Origin: an uncultured Actinomycetes bacterium
Lineage (GTDB): Bacteria; Actinomycetota; Thermoleophilia; UBA2241
NCBI GenBank assembly: GCA_963755025.1
Contig: CAVWIH010000033.1
Span: forward strand, 64,001-128,000
Length of the DNA: 64,000 nt
Direction of reading: 5' to 3'
Shown: positions 18,335 to 27,714 of the stretch, in pieces
Layout: each line of letters starts with the position of its first letter
How positions within the stretch are numbered: the first letter of the stretch is position 1
Notes under the pieces: model-generated
What the model was told of the DNA's origin: nothing
The model's database searches: none
What the model saw: only the letters and a program-made list of their open reading frames with translations
Translations under genes and position numbers: made by a program

Positions 18335-19830
18335 AGCACGACACAGGCATACCCCAGCCGGTCCACCTGATCGGCGTCGGAGGGGCCGGCATGAGCGGCA
18401 TCGCCGTCGTGCTCTCCAAGCTCGGGGTCGCCGTCACCGGCTCCGACCTCAAGGTCTCGCGCTACACGCGCCACCTGGCCGAGGCGGGGGTGCCGGTCTG
18501 CATAGGGCACGACGCCGCCCAGGTCGGCGGCGCGGCGCTCGTGGTGATCTCCTCGGCCATCCCGGCGGGCAATCCCGAGCTGCAAGAGGCGCGCCGCCGC
18601 GGCCTGCCCGTGCTGCAGCGCGCCGAGATGCTGGCCCGCATCATGGCCACGCGCCGCGGCGTGGCGGTGGCCGGTACCCACGGCAAGACGACGACCTCGT
18701 CGATGATCACCCACGCCATGCTGCGCTGCGACCGCAAACCCACGTTCCTCGTGGGCGGCGACCTGAACGACGTCGGCTCCAACGCCGACGTGGGCGACGG
18801 CGAGTGGCTCGTGGCCGAGGCCGACGAGAGCGACGGCAGCCTGCTCTTCCTGCGCCCCGAGGTCGGCGTGGTCACCAACGTCGAGCTCGACCACCACGCC
18901 AACTACCGCTGCCTGGCCGACGTGCGCGACGTCTTTCGGCGCTTCGTCGCCCTGCTGCCGCCCGGCGGCCGCCTGGTGGTGGCGCGCGACGCGAGCACCG
19001 AGTTCCTCGACGGCGAGACCGAAGCCCAGGTCGTGCGCTACGGCCTGGACGGCGAGGCCGGCGACTCCGCGTCGGCTCGGGCGCCCGGCCCCGGCCCCGG
19101 CCGCCGGTCCGTCGCGCGTGCCGCGGCGAGCCGCGACGGCGACGGGCCCGACCTCACGGCGCTCATCGAGCGGGTCGACGACCGCGGCAGCGTGTTCGAG
19201 GTGCGCGAGGGCGGCGAGCGCCTCGGTCGCGTCGAGCTGCGCGTGCCCGGCGAGCACAACGTGCTGAACGCCCTGGGCGCTCTGGGCGCGCTCGCCCACG
19301 CCGGCGTCACCTTCGACGAGGCGGCGCCGCAGCTGGCCACCTTCAGCGGCGCCGCGCGCCGCTTTCAGGAGGTCGGGCGCCGCGACGGCATCGTGGTGAT
19401 CGACGACTACGCGCATCACCCCACCGAGGTGGCGGCCACGCTCAAGGCGGCGCGCAGCGGCTCGTACCGGCGGGTCATCGCCGTCTTTCAGCCCCACCTG
19501 TTCTCACGCACGCGCTACCTGCAGCGCGAGTTCGGCCGGGCGCTGACCATGGCCGACGAGGCCATCGTCACCGACATCTTCCCGGCGCGCGAAGAGCCCG
19601 AGCCCGGCGTGACGGGCAAGCTCGTCGTCGACGCCTACCTTGTAGAGCGTCCCGGCGGGCCGGTCTACTACCTGCCGCGCCTCGCCGACGCGGTGCGCCA
19701 CCTCCAGGCCCGGGTGCACCCCGGCGACCTGGTCCTCACGATCGGCGCCGGCGACGTGGTGCACGTCGGCGAGCGGCTGCTGGCGGGCCTCGCCGGCGCG
19801 CCGCCCGGAGACGCCGGCGCCGCGCGATGA
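18331..19830 (+). CDS. murC: UDP-MurNAc-L-alanine ligase
   Basis: IGVGGAGMS, AGTHGKTTT, EADESDGS, DDYAHHPTE and FQPHLFSRT motifs. Confidence 0.96.
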   Translation: MKHDTGIPQPVHLIGVGGAGMSGIAVVLSKLGVAVTGSDLKVSRYTRHLAEAGVPVCIGHDAAQVGGAALVVISSAIPAGNPELQEARRRGLPVLQRAEMLARIMATRRGVAVAGTHGKTTTSSMITHAMLRCDRKPTFLVGGDLNDVGSNADVGDGEWLVAEADESDGSLLFLRPEVGVVTNVELDHHANYRCLADVRDVFRRFVALLPPGGRLVVARDASTEFLDGETEAQVVRYGLDGEAGDSASARAPGPGPGRRSVARAAASRDGDGPDLTALIERVDDRGSVFEVREGGERLGRVELRVPGEHNVLNALGALGALAHAGVTFDEAAPQLATFSGAARRFQEVGRRDGIVVIDDYAHHPTEVAATLKAARSGSYRRVIAVFQPHLFSRTRYLQREFGRALTMADEAIVTDIFPAREEPEPGVTGKLVVDAYLVERPGGPVYYLPRLADAVRHLQARVHPGDLVLTIGAGDVVHVGERLLAGLAGAPPGDAGAAR

Positions 19831-21017
19831 GCGAGAGCGGCGCACGCCGGCGGCACCCCGTCCTGACCGCTGTGCTGGTCGTGCTCATCGTCGCCGTGCC
19901 GCTGGGCGTCTTCGTCTGGGGGCGCACGTCGGGCACGTTCCGCGTGCGCCACATCGTCTTGAGCGGCGCCCGCCCGGCGCACGACAAGGCCCTCGACGGG
20001 GCCCTGCGGCGCAGCTTCCTGGGCTCGAACCTCTTCCTCGTCACCACCGGCCGCGTGCGCGCCGCGCTCTCGGGCTTTCCGTTCGTGGCCCGCGTGTCGG
20101 TCAATCGCGACTTTCCCGGCACGCTGCGCGTGCACATGAGCGAGTACGTGCCGGCCGCCCTGCTGTCGAGCGGCGGCAACTGGTACGTCGTCTCCAAAGA
20201 GGGCAGGGTGCTGGCCGTGGCCGTCGCCGCCCAGCCCAAGGGCGCGGCGGCGCCGCGCGCCGGCGCCTCGCCGACCACGGGCACGTCGCCCACCACGACC
20301 GCGAGCGGCTCGCCCAGCACGACCACGAGCGGCTCGCCCAGCTCCACGACGAGCGGTTCGCCGTCGACGAGCACGAGCACGCAGCCCTCAGCGAACTCGA
20401 GCACCGCGCCCACGACCAGCGCCTCGACCGGCGCCGACGCCAGCGGCTCGAACGGCACGGCGTCGCCCTCGCCCTCGTCGACCGCCATCCCGCGCCCGGC
20501 CGCCGACGTCAAGCTGCCGCGGGGCACGCGGCGCCTGCCGGCGATCGTCTCCGCGACGCCGCTCACCGTCGGGCGCCACGGTCGCCGACCCCCACGTGCG
20601 CGCCGCGCTGCTCGTGCTCGGCGCCTTGCCGACGGCGCTGCGGCGTCAGGTCCTGGGCGCCGCCGCGACCGACGCCAGCATCCGTATCTACACGTCCGGC
20701 GGCCTCACCGTCGAGTTCGGCGGGACCGCCGGACTGACCGCCAAGATGATCGCCCTCAAGGCCGTGCTGGGGCGCTACAGCGCGCGCGGCGTGGCCTGCA
20801 CGTTCGTCGACGTCTCGGTGCCCGACCGACCCCTGGCGGCGCCCGTACTGTCGAGCGGCGCCACGCAGTCGGTCGGCGGCGGTGCCACGCAGTCGGGCGG
20901 CGGCGCGACGCAGTCCGGCGGCACGACCCAGTCCGGCGGGGGCACAACGCCGACCCCGGGCGCTTCGCCGGCACGACCTCGCCCTCGCCGTCGGGCGGCT
21001 CGACAAGTACTCCCTGA
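19827..21017 (+). CDS. ftsQ: Cell division protein FtsQ/DivIB with Ser/Thr-rich insertions (frameshift near 20573; end approximate)
   Basis: TM plus POTRA (FPFVARVSVNRDFPGTLRVHMSEYVP); shifted frame gives VEFG...K...DVSVPDRP; lies before ftsZ. Confidence 0.82.
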   Translation: MSESGARRRHPVLTAVLVVLIVAVPLGVFVWGRTSGTFRVRHIVLSGARPAHDKALDGALRRSFLGSNLFLVTTGRVRAALSGFPFVARVSVNRDFPGTLRVHMSEYVPAALLSSGGNWYVVSKEGRVLAVAVAAQPKGAAAPRAGASPTTGTSPTTTASGSPSTTTSGSPSSTTSGSPSTSTSTQPSANSSTAPTTSASTGADASGSNGTASPSPSSTAIPRPAADVKLPRGTRRLPAIVSATPLTVGRHGRRPPRARRAARARRLADGAAASGPGRRRDRRQHPYLHVRRPHRRVRRDRRTDRQDDRPQGRAGALQRARRGLHVRRRLGARPTPGGARTVERRHAVGRRRCHAVGRRRDAVRRHDPVRRGHNADPGRFAGTTSPSPSGGSTSTP

Positions 21018-21034
21018 GAGAGGCTCCGAAGTGT

Positions 21035-21064
21035 TTGACACTCCGCGCAAGCGGCCCATATGCT
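21035..21064 (+). promoter_or_regulatory. ftsZ promoter
   Basis: TTGACA-N18-TATGCT. Confidence 0.7.
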
Positions 21065-21206
21065 ACGAAGGTGGCTCGGTCTCAGTTTGGCGTTCAGGGT
21101 TTGTGAGCAAGCAAAATCCCAGCAAACGAGGCGTTTCTTGAGCTATGCTCCACACGTTTTCAACAAGTCTCAGGGGCCGCTCCATGGTGGTCGCCGGCAA
21201 GACATA

Positions 21207-21235
21207 AGCCTCGACTTCAACAGGAGGGTTAGGGC
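21207..21235. promoter_or_regulatory. FtsR-like operator upstream of ftsZ
   Basis: AGCCT-N13-AGGGT (21207-21229) plus an overlapping copy offset by 6 nt; resembles the C. glutamicum FtsR site ACCCT-N13-AGGGT. Confidence 0.6.
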
Positions 21236-21238
21236 CAC

Positions 21239-22332
21239 ATGATCGAGTCTTCAGGCAACTACCTGGCGGTCATCAAGGTCGTCGGAATCGGCGGCGGCGG
21301 CATCAACGCCGTCAATCGCATGGTCGAAGCGGGCTCAAGGGCGTCGAGTTCATCGCGATCAACACCGACGCGCAGGCCTTGCTGATGAGCGACGCCGACG
21401 TCAAGCTCGACATCGGCCGCGAGCTCACCAGGGGCCTCGGCGCCGGCGCCAACCCGGACGTCGGCTGCAGGCCGCCGCCGAGGAGCACGCGAGGAGATCG
21501 AGGAGGCGCTCAAGGGCGCCGACATGGTCTTCGTCACCGCGGGCGAGGGCGGCGGCACCGGCACCGGCGCGGCGCCCGTGGTCGCCGAGCTCGCCAGCGA
21601 GCTCGGCGCGCTGACCGTCGGCGTGGTGACGCGGCCCGTTCGGGTTCGAGGGCAAGCGCCGCGCCCGGCAGGCCGAAGACGGGCATCCGCGAGCTGCGCG
21701 AGAAGGTCGACACGCTGATCGTCATCCCCAACGACCGGCTGCTGCAGGTCGTCGAGCGGCGCACGTCGATCCTCGACGCCTTCAAGGCCGCCGACGACGT
21801 GCTGCGCCAGGGCGTGCAGGGCATCACCGACCTGATCACCATCCCCGGCCTGATCAACCTCGACTTCGCCGACGTGCGCACGGTCATGTACGACGCCGGC
21901 TCGGCGCTGATGGGCATCGGCGTGGCCGGCGGCGAGAACCGCGCCGTCGAGGCCGCCAAGGTGGCGATCAGCTCGCCGCTGCTCGAAGCCAGCGTCGACG
22001 GCGCCATGGGCGTCCTGCTGTACATCACGGGCGGCGCCGACCTCGGCCTGTTCGAGATCAACGAGGCCGCCGAGATCGTCTCGAGCGCCGCCGACGCCGA
22101 CGCCAACATCATCTTCGGCGCCGTCATCGACGACGCGCTCGGCGACGAGGTGCGCGTCACGGTCATCGCCACCGGCTTCGACGGTCCGCGCAGCGCCGAG
22201 TCGCGGCCCGTACAGAAGGCGCAGACGCCCGCGCCGGCGCCGGCGGCAGGCGTCTTCGGCGCCGAGCCGCGGCCGTCGTTCGAGATCAGCGACGACGTGC
22301 TCGACATTCCCAGCTTCCTCAAGGACCACTAA
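21239..22332 (+). CDS. ftsZ: Cell division protein FtsZ (several frameshifts in the 5' half)
   Basis: [32 protein letters not shown] and C-terminal DVLDIPSFL. Confidence 0.97.
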
Positions 22333-22433
22333 GGGGTGCGCGCCGCGGTCGCGGCCGGTCGCAGTTCGTCGAGTTCCCAGCAAAAGCTATAGTTTGCAGG
22401 TAAACTGCCGATATGGTCTGCTGCGGGCGCCGA

Positions 22434-22462
22434 TTGCAATCACCAACCCCTTTCTCTATGCT
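22434..22462 (+). promoter_or_regulatory. secD promoter
   Basis: TTGCAA-N17-TATGCT. Confidence 0.65.
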
Positions 22463-22506
22463 GTAGCGCTTGACGGGCCCGTCTCGGGCTCGATCGATCG
22501 GATCCC

Positions 22507-24162
22507 ATGAAACATCGCAAGCAACGAAATATTCTCATCCTGCTCATCGTCGCGGCCCTGGTCGTGGTGTCGGGCTTCTACATCTTTCCGTTCGGCAAGA
22601 AGACGCACCTCGGGCTCGACCTCCAGGGCGGCCTCGAGATCGTCTACAAGGCGGCGCTGCTGAACGGCGACAAGCCGTCGCGCGCCCAGCTCGACCAGAC
22701 GATCAGCATCATCAACCGCCGCGTCAACGGCCTCGGCGTGAGCCGAGGCGGCGGTGCAGATCCAGGGTACCGACCAGATCTCCGTGGCGCTGCCCGGCAT
22801 CAAGAACGTCGACCAGGCCGTGCGCACCGTCGGCCAGACCGCCCAGCTGCAGTTCTTCAACGACGCCAAGCAGCGCGTGTCCGGCCCCGCCGACAGCCTC
22901 GCCGCGGCCGTAAAGACGGCCAAGACCTCGCCGCTGGTCGCCGCTGACCGGCCGGCCGACAGGCCGAGCTCCCCAAGCTGGCCAAGGGTCGAGACGTCGA
23001 CCGAAGCTACCTGACGGTGATCGCGCAGAAGGGCATGTACGGCAACAACACCGCGCCGCTCTACTTCATCTACACCCTGCCGCCGGCCATGACCGGCAGC
23101 GCCATCCACAACTCGACCCAGCGTTACGACCAGCGCAACCGCCCCGACGTGCTCATCAACTTCACGAGCGCGGGCGGCAAGCAGTTCGGTAACGTCACAC
23201 GCGAGCTGGCCACCACCGGCCAGATCACGGGCGTGTCGCAGACCTTCGCCATCGTGCTCGACAACCAGATGGAGTCCGACCCGTCGGTCGACTACACCGA
23301 GTACCCCGACGGCATCCAGGGCACGAGCGCCGAGATCACCGGCAGCTTCACCATCGGGCAGGCCAAAGACCTCGCCCTGGTGATCAACACCGGCGCCCTG
23401 CCCGTGCAGCTCAACCAGATCGAAAGCCAGGAAGTCTCGGCCACCCTGGGCAAGGACTCGTTGCACGAAGCGCTCATCGCCGGCATCGTCGGCCTTGGCC
23501 TCATCCTGCTCTACATGCTCATCTACTACCGCTTCCTGGGCCTCGTGGCCGACATCGCGCTGGTCATCTACGGCATCCTGCTGCTCGGCCTGTTCAACGC
23601 CGTGCACGTCACGCTCACGCTGCCGGGCATCGCCGGCATGATCCTCACGATCGGCGTGGCCGCCGACGCCAACGTGGTCATCTTCGAACGCATCAAAGAA
23701 GAGGTGCGCCACGGCCGCACGGTACGCTCGGCGGTCAACTCGGGCTACGCCCGCGGCTTTCGCACCATCCTCGACGCCAACGTCCTGACCCTGCTCACGG
23801 CGGCGGTGATCTTCGAGTTCGCGACGGCGCAGCCCAAGGGATTCGCCTTCACCCTCATGCTCGGTGTGCTGGTCAGCATGTTCACCGCCGTGGTCGCCAC
23901 GCGCGCCATGCTGGGCCTGCTGTCCGACTTCACCTTCTTCAACCGCGCCGAGTTCATGGGTGTGCACGCCTCCGACATCGAGGCAGCCGTCGACGACGGC
24001 GGCACCGGGCGCCGCTCACGGCCGCGGCCGGCCACCGGCAACGGCCGCCCCGGCGCCGTGCTGCGCGCCGGCGACACCGCCGGCATCACGCGCGGCGGCG
24101 ACACGCCGAGCCGCCCGGCCGCCAAGCGCCGCCCGTCGACCGCCCGAAAGAAGAAGAAATAG
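22507..24162 (+). CDS. secD: Protein translocase subunit SecD (frameshifts at about 22745-23015)
   Basis: LGLDLQGG, RVNGLGVSE-like, GALPV, TLPGIAG...DANVVIFERIKEE and KGFAFTL motifs. Confidence 0.94.
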
Positions 24163-24164
24163 CC

Positions 24165-25124
24165 ATGGCCTGGTTTCGCAAGATCTACTCGTTCGACTAC
24201 ATGGGCCACAAGTACTGGTGGTTCGCGCTTTCGGGCACGGTCATCTGCCTCGGCCTGCTCAGCATGTTCATCCGCGGCGGCGGCAACCCCATCAAGGGCT
24301 TCAACTACGGCCTCGAGTTCAAGTCGGGCTCGCGCGTCGCGGTGACCTTCGTCAAGCCGGCGACCACCTCGCAGGTGCGCGGCGTGGTCGACGCCCAGGG
24401 CTACACCGACGCCGTCATCCAGCAGGTCAAGTCGAGCACCGGGTCGAGCTTTCAGATCTCGACCGCGACGCTGTCGGCCGACCAGCAGCTCGCCCTCAAG
24501 AACGCGCTCGACAAGAGCTTCACCATCGCGCCGACCTCCAACGGCGGCACCGACTGGAACATCAACACGGTGGGCGCCTCGTTCAGCCGCGAGGTCATCA
24601 CCTCGTCGTACAAGGCCATCGGCATAGCGCTCGTCCTCATCCTCATCTACATCTCCATCCGCTTCTCGTGGAAGTTCGCGGTGGGCGCCATCGCCGCCGA
24701 GTTCCACGACCTGCTGGTCGTGATCGGCATCTACTCGCTCACCGGGCGGGTGGTGACCACCGACACCATCGCGGCGGTGCTGACCATCCTCGGCTACTCG
24801 CTCTACGACACCGTCATCGTCTTCGACCGCGTGCGCGAGAACGCGCCCAAGATGTCGCGCGCGCCGTACGGCGACATGGTCAACCGCTCCATCTGGGAGA
24901 CGCTCACCAGGTCCATCAACACGACCCTGATGACCCTCATCCCGGTGGTCTGCCTGCTGCTGTTCGGCGGCTCCACCCTTAAAGACTTCGCCTTCGCGCT
25001 GCTGGTCGGCGTGGCCTCGGGCGCCTACTCGTCGATCTTCGTGGCCAGCCCCGTGCTCACGCTGCTCAAGGAGCGCGAGCCCCTGTACCGCAAGCTCGCG
25101 CTCAAGGCCGGCGAGATCACCTGA
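24165..25124 (+). CDS. secF: Protein translocase subunit SecF
   Basis: GLEFKSG, HDLL, GYSLYDTVIVFDRVREN, RSINT and GAYSSIFVA motifs. Confidence 0.96.
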   Translation: MAWFRKIYSFDYMGHKYWWFALSGTVICLGLLSMFIRGGGNPIKGFNYGLEFKSGSRVAVTFVKPATTSQVRGVVDAQGYTDAVIQQVKSSTGSSFQISTATLSADQQLALKNALDKSFTIAPTSNGGTDWNINTVGASFSREVITSSYKAIGIALVLILIYISIRFSWKFAVGAIAAEFHDLLVVIGIYSLTGRVVTTDTIAAVLTILGYSLYDTVIVFDRVRENAPKMSRAPYGDMVNRSIWETLTRSINTTLMTLIPVVCLLLFGGSTLKDFAFALLVGVASGAYSSIFVASPVLTLLKEREPLYRKLALKAGEIT

Positions 25125-25373
25125 CGAGCGTCGCCGTCGGGGGCCGGTCGAGGTCGGCTGGCGGCTGCTGCGGGCGGCCGTCTCCGACCGGGTATTCGGG
25201 CAAAAGCCAGGCCCGGCGCCCCGCCCCGCGGAGCTCGCCAGAACCCTTCCGGGGGTCGGTCAGCCTCAAGTCGTCTCAGCCTGTCCCGACCGTCGAGGTC
25301 GAGCTCGTGGGGGCCTCAGTTCAGCCTCGTGCAGAGAATGAGGTCGCGCGTGTAGGGAACGGCAATCCGCGCC

Positions 25374-25402
25374 TTTACAACGCCTCCCGGCCACCATACG
25401 CT
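25374..25402 (+). promoter_or_regulatory. Promoter upstream of the first STAS gene
   Basis: TTTACA-N17-TACGCT. Confidence 0.55.
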
Positions 25403-25547
25403 CGGTGCCGACAACGTGATCGACCGGTGGTCGCCTGACTCGCCGGTAGCTGGCGATCGCCGCACCACCAGCCATCTTCAGTTTCGTCTTCGCCGCACCC
25501 GAGCCGTCGGGCGTGGCGGCCAGGTGATCGACCGCAGGGGGGACCAC

Positions 25548-26048
25548 GTGAGCGCTCAAGCCAAGGACCGCCCCGAAACGGCCGGCCATGCGGTCACGCT
25601 CAAGGGTGGCGGGGGAGGGCTGCGGCTGAGCTTCGTGGGCGCCGGCGAGGTGCCGGTCCTGGCCCTGAGCGGCGAGTTCGACCTCGACAACGTGCCCGAG
25701 ATCGAGCGCTTTCTGCGGCGCCACCTGGGGCCCTTCTTCTTCAAGACCCGCGACCTGGTGCTCGACCTCGCCCTGGTCGAGATGGTCGACTCGGCCTTTG
25801 TGGGGCTTGTGGTGTCGCTCGTCGTGCGGCTGCACGAGCACCGCAGAGAGCTGCTCATCACGCGGCCGGCGGGCTACGTGCGGCGCACCATCGCGCTGGT
25901 GGGCCTGCCCAACGTGGTGCCGGTCTACGAGACTCTCGACGCCGCCATAGGGGCGTTGGCCATGGGTACGCCGCTCATCCCGCCGCCCTTCGACCTGGCG
26001 CCGTGCGCGCCGGTCATGCGCCCGGTGCGGGCGTCGGCGCGCTCGTAG
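25548..26048 (+). CDS. STAS-domain protein (anti-sigma antagonist-like)
   Basis: LSGEFDL...LVLDLALVEMVDSAFVG...VRRTIALVGL; GTG after GGGGGA. Confidence 0.82.
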   Translation: MSAQAKDRPETAGHAVTLKGGGGGLRLSFVGAGEVPVLALSGEFDLDNVPEIERFLRRHLGPFFFKTRDLVLDLALVEMVDSAFVGLVVSLVVRLHEHRRELLITRPAGYVRRTIALVGLPNVVPVYETLDAAIGALAMGTPLIPPPFDLAPCAPVMRPVRASARS

Positions 26049-26109
26049 CGCAGCACCACCACGGGGCCGTGGGGCCCCCGGCGTCGCGCACCCTGCGCGG
26101 GGAACGTCC

Positions 26110-26496
26110 TTAGCTTGCCCTGCGGGCCAGCGTTTCGCTGAGCTCGGTCTGGCGAGCCGCTACCGCCCGGGCCTGGAAGGCCTTCATGCGGCAGGCGTCG
26201 CTGCAATACTTCTTGGCGGGGTTGCTCGTGACGAACTCACGGCTGCACGGCTCGAAGCTGCAGTACCGCGTCATCTCCTCGCGCGGACGCTGCTTGCGGC
26301 TGGGCCGCTTGAGCTCGTCTTTCCAACCGCCGCTATGCAGGGCGCAGATGTTGGACGGATTGTAAGTGGACAGGCGTGTCTCGCAGCCAGACACGGAGCA
26401 GACGCGCCCGCCGCCGTATTGTTTGCTCTTGCTCATGTCGTCGACCTGCACGGAAAGCCGGCGTCCCCTGAGCCCTCTGGTGGTGCGATACTCCAT
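26110..26496 (-). CDS. Small protein with two Cys/His clusters (CGNR-like Zn finger at the C terminus)
   Basis: CSVSGC...LSTYN...CALH and CSFEPC..EF......KYCSDAC. Confidence 0.72.
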   Translation of the reverse strand: MEYRTTRGLRGRRLSVQVDDMSKSKQYGGGRVCSVSGCETRLSTYNPSNICALHSGGWKDELKRPSRKQRPREEMTRYCSFEPCSREFVTSNPAKKYCSDACRMKAFQARAVAARQTELSETLARRAS

Positions 26497-26544
26497 GCCG
26501 AACACCCCTTGTCTCGAGCCGGCCTGACCGCCGGCGTCGGCTTG

Positions 26545-26904
26545 CTAGACGGTCGCGCTTTCGAGGGCCTTTTCGCGAGTGGGATAGATGCCGAAGATCC
26601 GGTCGAGTCCCGTGATCTCGAAGATCCGCGTGATGTTCTCGTCGTGGCAGACGATGTCGAGGGTGCCGTTCTGCGGCCGCACGCGCTTGGCGCCACTCAC
26701 CAGGACGCCGAGCGCCGTGGAGTCGATGAAGGTGACGCCGGCCAGATCGACGACGATGTGTTTGGCGCCTTCGTCGATGCTCTGGATCATGACCTCTTTG
26801 AACTGGGGCGCCGAGTAGATGTCGACTTCGCCCTGAAGTGCGACCACGGCTACGTCATCGCCAACGCGTACCAGTTCGACGCCGAATTGTGGCCTGTCGT
26901 CCAT
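26545..26904 (-). CDS. Anti-sigma factor antagonist (RsbV/BldG-like STAS)
   Basis: GEVDIYSAP, VDLAGVTFIDSTALGVL and IFEITGLD motifs. Confidence 0.92.
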   Translation of the reverse strand: MDDRPQFGVELVRVGDDVAVVALQGEVDIYSAPQFKEVMIQSIDEGAKHIVVDLAGVTFIDSTALGVLVSGAKRVRPQNGTLDIVCHDENITRIFEITGLDRIFGIYPTREKALESATV

Positions 26905-27211
26905 TCACTCCCCTTTTCGCCCCCGGTATGCCTGCCTCGGCGAGGGCTCCGGCCGGGCTCTTGCCCGGCACACCCGCCGATGTGTGGGTTATGGCCACGG
27001 GATTTCCCTCCTAAACGCCCGTACGCAGGAATGTGTGGGCGATCTCTGGCGCGCGAGCGTCCGGGCGCGTGAGTGTCGGGGAGCGAGCGGCAGCGCGATC
27101 CGCCTGAACGGAGCGTGCGTTGCCCGACGACGGCGGCCGGGTAGAGTGGCCTGACGGCGCCCCGCGGGGGGGAGCCCGTGGCACGGCCACAACTGCGGCT
27201 TGGGGGGACAC

Positions 27212-27676
27212 ATGGGTCTTGCGGCGATCGTGTCGGCGCTCACCACCAAAGCGCCATCCGGAGCGGTGCTGGCGCTGGTGGTCAGCCTGGTAGCCGCCGC
27301 CATGCTCACCGCCGGCTGGCGCCTTGCGGTGGCCCGGCGCTACACGGCGCACCGTGTCGTGCAGACCGCGGCGGTCGCGCTCAGCAGCGCGATCATCGTC
27401 ACCTGGATGATCAGGTCGTTCGTGCGCTATGTCGCGCCCCAGATCCCGGCCAGGCTGAGTCAGCGCGCCTACGCGGTGGCCACCGTGCACGCCGCTGTGG
27501 GCGTGGTCGCCCTCGTGCTCGGCCTGTACGTCGTTCTCGGCGCCTTCAAGGTCCTGCCGGCGCGCCTGAGCTTCACGCGCTTCAAGCCCGTCATGCGCAG
27601 CTCGTACGCGCTCTACCTGCTCGGCGCGCTCACCGGCGTGGTGCTCTACGCCGTGGCCTACGCCGGCCTGGGCTAG
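27212..27676 (+). CDS. DUF420-like four-TM membrane protein
   Basis: GWRLAVARRYTAHR, H..VG and LY...TGVVLY pattern; four hydrophobic helices. Confidence 0.65.
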   Translation: MGLAAIVSALTTKAPSGAVLALVVSLVAAAMLTAGWRLAVARRYTAHRVVQTAAVALSSAIIVTWMIRSFVRYVAPQIPARLSQRAYAVATVHAAVGVVALVLGLYVVLGAFKVLPARLSFTRFKPVMRSSYALYLLGALTGVVLYAVAYAGLG

Positions 27677-27714
27677 CCGCGGCGATCCGCGGCCGGGCGA
27701 TCTGCGACCGGGCG

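Noticed and set aside
7740-23015. Pseudogenised dcw cluster implying a wall-less organism
   Set aside because: Motifs are intact, the lesions are small indels, and secD is equally affected, which points to sequencing error
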